DNA of 32,000 nucleotides from Mycobacterium tuberculosis H37Rv (GTDB lineage Bacteria; Actinomycetota; Actinomycetes; Mycobacteriales; Mycobacteriaceae): NCBI RefSeq assembly GCF_000195955.2, contig NC_000962.3, positions 3,180,001 to 3,212,000 of the forward strand, read 5' to 3'. Shown piece by piece: positions 26,435 to 32,000 of this stretch (position 1 is its first letter; each line of letters starts with the position of its first letter). The notes under the pieces were generated by a model. It saw only the letters and a program-made list of their open reading frames with translations, ran no database searches and was not told where the DNA came from. The position numbers and the translations under genes were made by a program.

Positions 26435-27942
26435 CGTCGTGCTCCGGTTTGCCGGAAGCTCAGGGCGGCGGCGACCTCGTCGATGCCTGGCGATGTGCGA
26501 CCGGCCAAGTCGGCCAAACTCCAGGCCACCCGCAAGGTGCGATCCACACCGCGGATGCTGAGTAGCCCGCGGTCCAGCGCGGTGCGCAACGGGAGCATCG
26601 CGGCGCTGCTGGGCCGAAACTTGCGGCGCAACAGCGGCCCGCTGACTTCGGCGTTGGTCCGGAACCCATGTGGCCGCCATCGTTGCGCGGCCGCCTCCCG
26701 GGCCAGCGCCACCCGCTGGCGAACCTGCGACGTCGACTCGCCGTCCGCGGCCGAGAACGCCCCGGCCCGAAGCCGATGCATCTGCACCCGTAGGTCCACC
26801 CGATCCAGCAACGGCCCAGACAGTTTGCCCAGATACCGTCGTTTGGTAGCCGCCGCACAGATGCAATCCTGTGGATCGGCGGGCGCGCACGGGCACGGGT
26901 TGGCGGCTAGCACGAGCTGAAACCGTGCCGGGTAGCACGCCACCCCGTCACGGCGCGCTAGGCGGATTTCACCGTCCTCCAACGGTGTTCGCAATGCTTC
27001 CAGCGCGCTAAGGCTGATCTCGGCGCACTCGTCCAGGAACAACACCCCGCGATGCGCCCTGCTGACCGCCCCTGGGCGAGCCATCCCCGATCCCCCGCCG
27101 ACAAGCGCCGCAACGCTGGAACTGTGGTGCGGCGCCACGAACGGCGGCCGGGTAATCAACGGTGTGTCCCCCGACAGCAGGCCAGCCACCGAGTGGATCG
27201 CGGTCACCTCCAACGACTCGCTGCCCGACAGCGACGGCAACAGCCCCGGAAGACGTTGCGCCAGCATTGTTTTGCCGACACCCGGTGGACCAGTCAGCAT
27301 GAGGTGATGCGCCCCGGCGGCGGCCACCTCGACGGCGAACCGTGCTTGGGACTGGCCCACCACATCGGCGAGGTCCGCCGCAGACTCGGGGGTGGTGTCG
27401 GCCGTGGTGATCCGCCCGGCCAAGCCGGTGGACCCGCGTAGCCAGCTCTGCAACTGCCCCAGCGTGCGAACACCCCGGACGTCGATTCCGTCCACCAGGC
27501 TGGCCTCGGGCAGGTTGTCGGCCGGAACGACGACGGCCGGCCAACCGTCACGTTTGGCTGCCAGCACGGCGGGCAACACCCCACGCACCGGACGCACCCG
27601 TCCGTCCAGCGACAATTCACCCAGCAGCAGCGTGTTCTCCAGACGTTCCCACGGCTTCTTTTGTTGCGCCGACAACACCGCCGCGGCCAGGGCGATGTCG
27701 TAGACCGAGCCCATTTTCGGCAGCGTCGCCGGCGACAGCGCGAGCGTGAGCCTGGCCATCGGCCAGCTGTTTCCGCAATTGGTGACCGCCGCGCGGACCC
27801 GGTCGCGGGACTCCTGCAATGCAGCATCGGGCAGACCCACCAGATGCACACCCGGCAACCCTGAGGTGATGTCGGCTTCGATTTCCACGATCTCGCCGTC
27901 CAGCCCCCGCACCGCGACCGAGAACGCACGCCCCAGCGCCAT
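26431..27942 (-). CDS. ComM/YifB-family Mg-chelatase-like AAA+ ATPase (Rv2897c-like)
   Basis: 503 aa starting at the ATG at 27942. It has a Lon-like N-terminal domain, Walker A (LTGPPGVGKTMLA), Walker B (VLFLDECAE) and a C-terminal Mg-chelatase subunit ChlI-like region. Confidence 0.9.
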   Translation of the reverse strand: MALGRAFSVAVRGLDGEIVEIEADITSGLPGVHLVGLPDAALQESRDRVRAAVTNCGNSWPMARLTLALSPATLPKMGSVYDIALAAAVLSAQQKKPWERLENTLLLGELSLDGRVRPVRGVLPAVLAAKRDGWPAVVVPADNLPEASLVDGIDVRGVRTLGQLQSWLRGSTGLAGRITTADTTPESAADLADVVGQSQARFAVEVAAAGAHHLMLTGPPGVGKTMLAQRLPGLLPSLSGSESLEVTAIHSVAGLLSGDTPLITRPPFVAPHHSSSVAALVGGGSGMARPGAVSRAHRGVLFLDECAEISLSALEALRTPLEDGEIRLARRDGVACYPARFQLVLAANPCPCAPADPQDCICAAATKRRYLGKLSGPLLDRVDLRVQMHRLRAGAFSAADGESTSQVRQRVALAREAAAQRWRPHGFRTNAEVSGPLLRRKFRPSSAAMLPLRTALDRGLLSIRGVDRTLRVAWSLADLAGRTSPGIDEVAAALSFRQTGARR

Positions 27943-28328
27943 CAGCCGATCCCCTGCAGGTGGGTGAGCTCTGGGGTGCGGCCTGAATTCTTGGGGCCGA
28001 CTCGCACGCCGATCACATCGATGCGCACCGCAGCCCAGCGCTCTTCCTGGTCGGCCAGCCACAGCCCGGCCAGGCGACGCAGGCGGCGAACCTTGCGCTC
28101 GGTCACCGCGTGCGCGAGCCCCCCATAACCGTCGCCGGTGCGGGTCTTGACCTCGACGAACACCACCGTGCGGGTGGCAGCGTCGCAGGCGATCACGTCC
28201 AGCTCGCCGTAGCGGCAACGCCAGTTGCGGTTCAAGATCCGCAACCCCATGCTGGTCAGGTAGTCCACCGCTAGGGCCTCGCCCATCGCTCCCAGCTGAA
28301 CCCGAGTCATCGTCTTCAGGGTTGTCAT
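27942..28328 (-). CDS. yraN: YraN-family (UPF0102) endonuclease-like protein
   Basis: 128 aa starting at the ATG at 28328. The YraN pattern is GEALAVDYL...RCRYGELDVIA...VVFVEVKTR. Its stop overlaps the next start by 1 nt (TGATG). Confidence 0.85.
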   Translation of the reverse strand: MTTLKTMTRVQLGAMGEALAVDYLTSMGLRILNRNWRCRYGELDVIACDAATRTVVFVEVKTRTGDGYGGLAHAVTERKVRRLRRLAGLWLADQEERWAAVRIDVIGVRVGPKNSGRTPELTHLQGIG

Positions 28329-28575
28329 GCGGCCAACCTGCACGCTGGCCCCGACATCACCTGCCACGAATCGCGTCTCACCGATGCCGCGACGACCAGT
28401 TATCCCCAGTCGCGGCCCTGTCCACAGCCCCAGTACTGCGCGGGATCACGACACCGCGTCCTTGTCATCATCGTCTCCGTCACATAGCAACTTCTCGGGT
28501 CCCGGCTACTCGCAACGCACCGCAGGCGGCACACGCCGATCCAGCAACATCATGTTCGGCGCCGGAAGAGTCCCG

Positions 28576-29406
28576 TTAGGTGATTCGGTCCGCTCTGGTG
28601 TAGACGTTCATCGAGTCCCCCCGCAGGAAAGCCACCAGCGTGATCCCGGACGCGTCGGCCAACGAAACCGCCAGCGACGACGGCGCGGATACCGCGGCCA
28701 GCACCGGAATCCCAGCCATCAGCGCCTTTTGGGTCAACTCGAACGACGCCCGCCCGCTGACCAACAACACCGAGGCGCCAAGCGGTATTCGGTCACGCTC
28801 GAAAGCCCAGCCGATGACCTTGTCGACCGCATTGTGCCGGCCGATATCCTCACGCACGGCAAGCATGGCGCCGTCCACCCCGAATAGTGCCGCAGCGTGC
28901 AGCCCACCGGTTCTCGCGAAAACCTTTTGCGCGCGCCGAAGTTGGTCCGGCATCGCCTTGAGAGTGTCGGCGGCGACGGTAGCGGGATCGCCGCCCGGTG
29001 CGAATCGGCTGACCTGGCTCACCGCCTGAAGCGACGCCTTACCACAGACTCCGCACGACGAGGTGGTGTAGAAGGTGCGGGTGACATCGACATCGGGCGG
29101 CTTGACGCCGGGCGCCAGAGCCACATCCAAAACGTTGTACGTGCTGGCCCCTGTGGCATTGCCCTCGACGCGCCTGCCACAGTAGCTAACGGTCAGCACG
29201 TCTTCGCGGTGCGCAACCACCCCTTCGGCAAGCAGAAAGCCTTGCACCAGTTCGAAATCCGATCCTGGCGTGCGCATGGTCACGGTAACCGGCGTCCCAT
29301 TGACGCGGATCTCCAGCGGCTCCTCGACGGCCAAGGTTTCCGGCCGGGTGATCACCTGATCGGCGCTGAGATGCCTGACCCGCCGATGCGCCGTTGCGTA
29401 CCCCAC
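28576..29406 (-). CDS. fdhD: Formate dehydrogenase accessory sulfurtransferase FdhD
   Basis: 276 aa starting at the GTG at 29406. It has the conserved active-site loop [12 protein letters not shown]. The start overlaps the fdhF stop by 1 nt. Confidence 0.9.
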
Positions 29407-31745
29407 TAGGCCGTTGGCTCCAATCGCACGATGATCGCCTTCGACACCGGGGTGTTCGATTGGGCCGCGGTATGGTCGAGCGGAACCAGCGGATTGGTCT
29501 CCGGGTAGTAGGCCGCAGCATTGCCGACCGGCGTCGAATATGCCACCACCAGAAAGTCTTTTGCCCGCCGTTCTTGCAGACCGCCTTGGCCGTCGGTCCA
29601 CTCCGACACCAGGTCGACACGGTCACCCGCCGTCAAACCGAACGTTTCGATGTCGGCCGGGTTGATGAACACCACCCGGCGTCCGCCCTTCACGCCGCGA
29701 TATCGGTCGTCGAGCCCGTAGATCGTGGTGTTGTACTGGTCATGGCTGCGTAGGGTCTGTAGCACCAGCCGGCCGGGCGGCACCGGCACCCACTGCAACG
29801 GATTGACCGCGAAGTTAGCTTTGCCTGTGCTGGTACGGAATTCGCGCGCATCGCGCGGCGGGTGCGGCAATTGGAATCCGTCGGGCACACGCACCTTGTG
29901 GTTGTAGTCGTCACAGCCGGGCACCACCGCGGCGATGGCGTCACGGATGGTGTCGTAGTCATCTGCGAACCGTTCCCATGGCACCGGATGTCCGGGGCCG
30001 AACAAGGCGCGGGCCAGCTGGCAGATGATCTGCACCTCGCTGCGCACCTGATCGCTGGGCGGGTGCAGGCTACCACGCGACAGATGCACCATCGACATCG
30101 AATCCTCAACCGACACCAATTGTTTGCGACCATTGCGGGTATCGCGATCGGTCCGACCCAGCGTCGGCAGGATCAGCGCGGTGGCGCCGTGGACAAGGTG
30201 GCTGCGGTTGAGCTTGGTCGAGACTTGCACAGTCAGCGCGCACCTGCGCAAGGCCGCCTCGGTGACGGCGGTGTCGGGGGTGGCCGACGCGAAGTTTCCG
30301 CCCATGCCCATGAAGACGCTGACCCGACCGTCGCGCATGGCCCGGATTGCGGCCACGGTGTCAAAGCCGTGCGCTCGGGGGCTGGTAATGCCGAACTCAC
30401 GATCCAGCGCCGCCAGGAACTGCTCGGGCATCTTCTCCCAGATCCCCATCGTGCGGTCCCCTTGTACGTTGGAATGCCCGCGCACCGGGCACACCCCCGC
30501 GCCGGGTTTGCCGATCATGCCCCGCAGCAGCAGCACGTTGGTGACCTCACCGATGGTGGCCACGGCGTGGGCGTGTTGGGTCAAGCCCATAGCCCAGCAG
30601 ATGACCGTGCGCTGCGACGCCATCAACATCGCGGCGACCCGCTGAAGTTGCGCGAGTTCGATGCCGGTGGCGTCCATCACGGTGTCCAAGCCGACCTGCA
30701 GAGTCCGGCGGCGGTACCCGTCGAATCCGGCACAATGGTTGTCGACGAACGACCGGTCGACAACGCTGCCGGGGACCCTCTCCTCGGCCTCCAACAACAA
30801 CCTGCCTAACCCGGCGAACAATGCCATGTCCCCGCCGAGGCGGATCTGCACGAACTCGTCGGCGATCGGGATACCATGTCCCACAACCCCGTTCACCTTC
30901 TGCGGATCTTTGAACCGAATCAACCCGGCCTCGGGCAGCGGGTTCACGGCGATGATCTTGGCGCCGTTGGCCTTCGCTTTCCCCAGCACCGACAGCATGC
31001 GGGGATGATTGGTACCGGGGTTTTGTCCGGCGATCACGATCAGGTCGGCGTGCTCGACGTCACCGATGGTCACCGAGCCTTTTCCGATTCCGATCGAGTC
31101 GGTCAGCGCCGCACCCGAGGACTCGTGGCACATGTTGGAGCAGTCGGGCAGGTTGTTGGTGCCGAAAGAGCGCACGAGCAGCTGGTAACAGAACGCCGCT
31201 TCGTTGCTGGTGCGCCCCGATGTGTAGAACACGGCCCGGTCGGGACTGTCCAACCCGTTGAGCTGCTCGGCGATCAGCTGATAAGCGGCATCCCAGCTGA
31301 TGGGCCGGTAGTGGTCATCACCGGGGCGCAAGACCATCGGGTGGGCGAGCCGGCCTTGCTGGGACAGCCAATATTCGGGCTTCGCGGACAGCTCCGCCAC
31401 CGAGTGCCGAGCGAAGAACTCCGCAGTGACGGTACGCTTGGTGGCCTCTTCGGCGACTGCCTTGGCGCCGTTCTCGCAGAACTCGGCCAGCTTGCGTCCG
31501 CCGGGCTCCTCCGGCCACGCGCAGCCTGGGCAGTCGAAGCCGTTACGCTGATTCAACCGAGCCAGCGCCGCCGCGGTGCGCAGCGCGCCCATCTGCTGCA
31601 TCCCCCGCTGCAGCGATACCATCACCGCCCGCACGCCCGCGGCCTCGCGTTTGCGCGGCGCCACCGTTACCGCCTGCTCGTCATAGTCGGCGAGGACGTC
31701 GCGAGACGCCGCCGACCGCTGCCACCTCACCGCCTCAACGTACAT
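29406..31745 (-). CDS. fdhF: Molybdopterin oxidoreductase of the FdhF/YdeP family (annotated formate dehydrogenase H)
   Basis: 779 aa with an N-terminal Cys cluster (FDCPGCAW...FCENG) and the motif CSNMCHESS (Cys where FdhH enzymes have Sec). It has MopB and molybdopterin dinucleotide-binding domain-like regions. Confidence 0.88.
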
Positions 31746-31802
31746 CCACGACCGACCGACTGCCGCACACAGCCGATTGACGTGTGACGGCGCTTGGGGC
31801 AG

Positions 31803-32000
31803 CTATTCCGGCAGGCGCAGCTCGGGTTTTTCGACTTCCTCGATGTTGACGTCCTTGAACGTGACCACCCGCACCTGTTTGACGAACCGTGCCGGCCGGT
31901 ACATGTCCCACACCCAGGCGTCAGCCAGCCGCAGCTCGAAGTACACCTCACCGTCGGTATTCCGCGGCACCATCTCCACACTGTTTGCCAAATAGAAACG
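31803..32000 (-). CDS. Small conserved actinobacterial protein (Rv2901c-like, DUF2469-type); C-terminal part only, the 5' end lies beyond the window
   Basis: The frame is open to the window edge: ...LANSVEMVPRNTDGEVYFELRLADAWVWDMYRPARFVKQVRVVTFKDVNIEEVEKPELRLPE. I recognise it as the conserved gene that follows fdhF. Confidence 0.8.
   Translation of the reverse strand, partial: RFYLANSVEMVPRNTDGEVYFELRLADAWVWDMYRPARFVKQVRVVTFKDVNIEEVEKPELRLPE

Noticed and set aside
26435..26938. 168-codon N-terminal extension of dprA (557 aa ORF). The 92-codon extension of the comM-like gene (27943..28218) was rejected for the same reason
   Set aside because: The extensions overlap the upstream genes out of frame and are Arg/Gly-rich. 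Conserved sequence begins exactly at start codons that form ATGA and TGATG coupling junctions.

Overview
This window looks like Mycobacterium tuberculosis complex chromosome, H37Rv-like, running from ispG (Rv2868c) to Rv2901c. I identified it from memory of the protein sequences, at roughly 3.18-3.21 Mb, and could not verify this. It is densely coding, with about 38 genes. I found no rRNA, tRNA or CRISPR array. The backbone lies mostly on the minus strand: ispG-rip1-dxr, a frameshifted rlmN followed by cdsA-frr-pyrH, amiC-tsf-rpsB, xerC-viuB-dprA-comM-like-yraN, and fdhD-fdhF. Two accessory blocks interrupt this old housekeeping string. The first (about 3.1-9.4 kb) holds vapBC43, mpt83, dipZ, mpt70, a small membrane protein, a CcdA-like protein and mpt53. 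The second (about 13.2-18.3 kb) holds an orphan OmpR-type regulator, IS1539 (IS607 family, TnpA plus TnpB), a MarR regulator and amiC. An M23 peptidase, PPE45 and an LLM-type oxidoreductase are also present. The most interesting observations are these. (1) An unannotated decayed Phd/YefM-VapC toxin-antitoxin relic lies under the 5' end of the long dipZ ORF, which suggests the dipZ start is over-extended. (2) rlmN is split by one extra G in a G-run inside the conserved GMGEP motif. (3) The IS1539 TnpB has an apparently intact RuvC D-E-D triad and zinc finger, so it is a candidate RNA-guided (OMEGA) nuclease whose guide would come from the 3' end of the neighbouring regulator gene. (4) A shared CCATCY-N15-CCGAAK motif sits upstream of both mpt83 and mpt70. 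(5) Two tandem-repeat loci (57 bp and 53 bp, the latter MIRU31-like) are built from or feed into gene ends. (6) A 222 bp convergent coding overlap joins the M23 peptidase and PPE45. (7) A tightly coupled yraN-comM-dprA operon is present. All homology calls come from my own recognition of motifs; no searches were run. IS boundaries, promoters and RNA elements are inferences.
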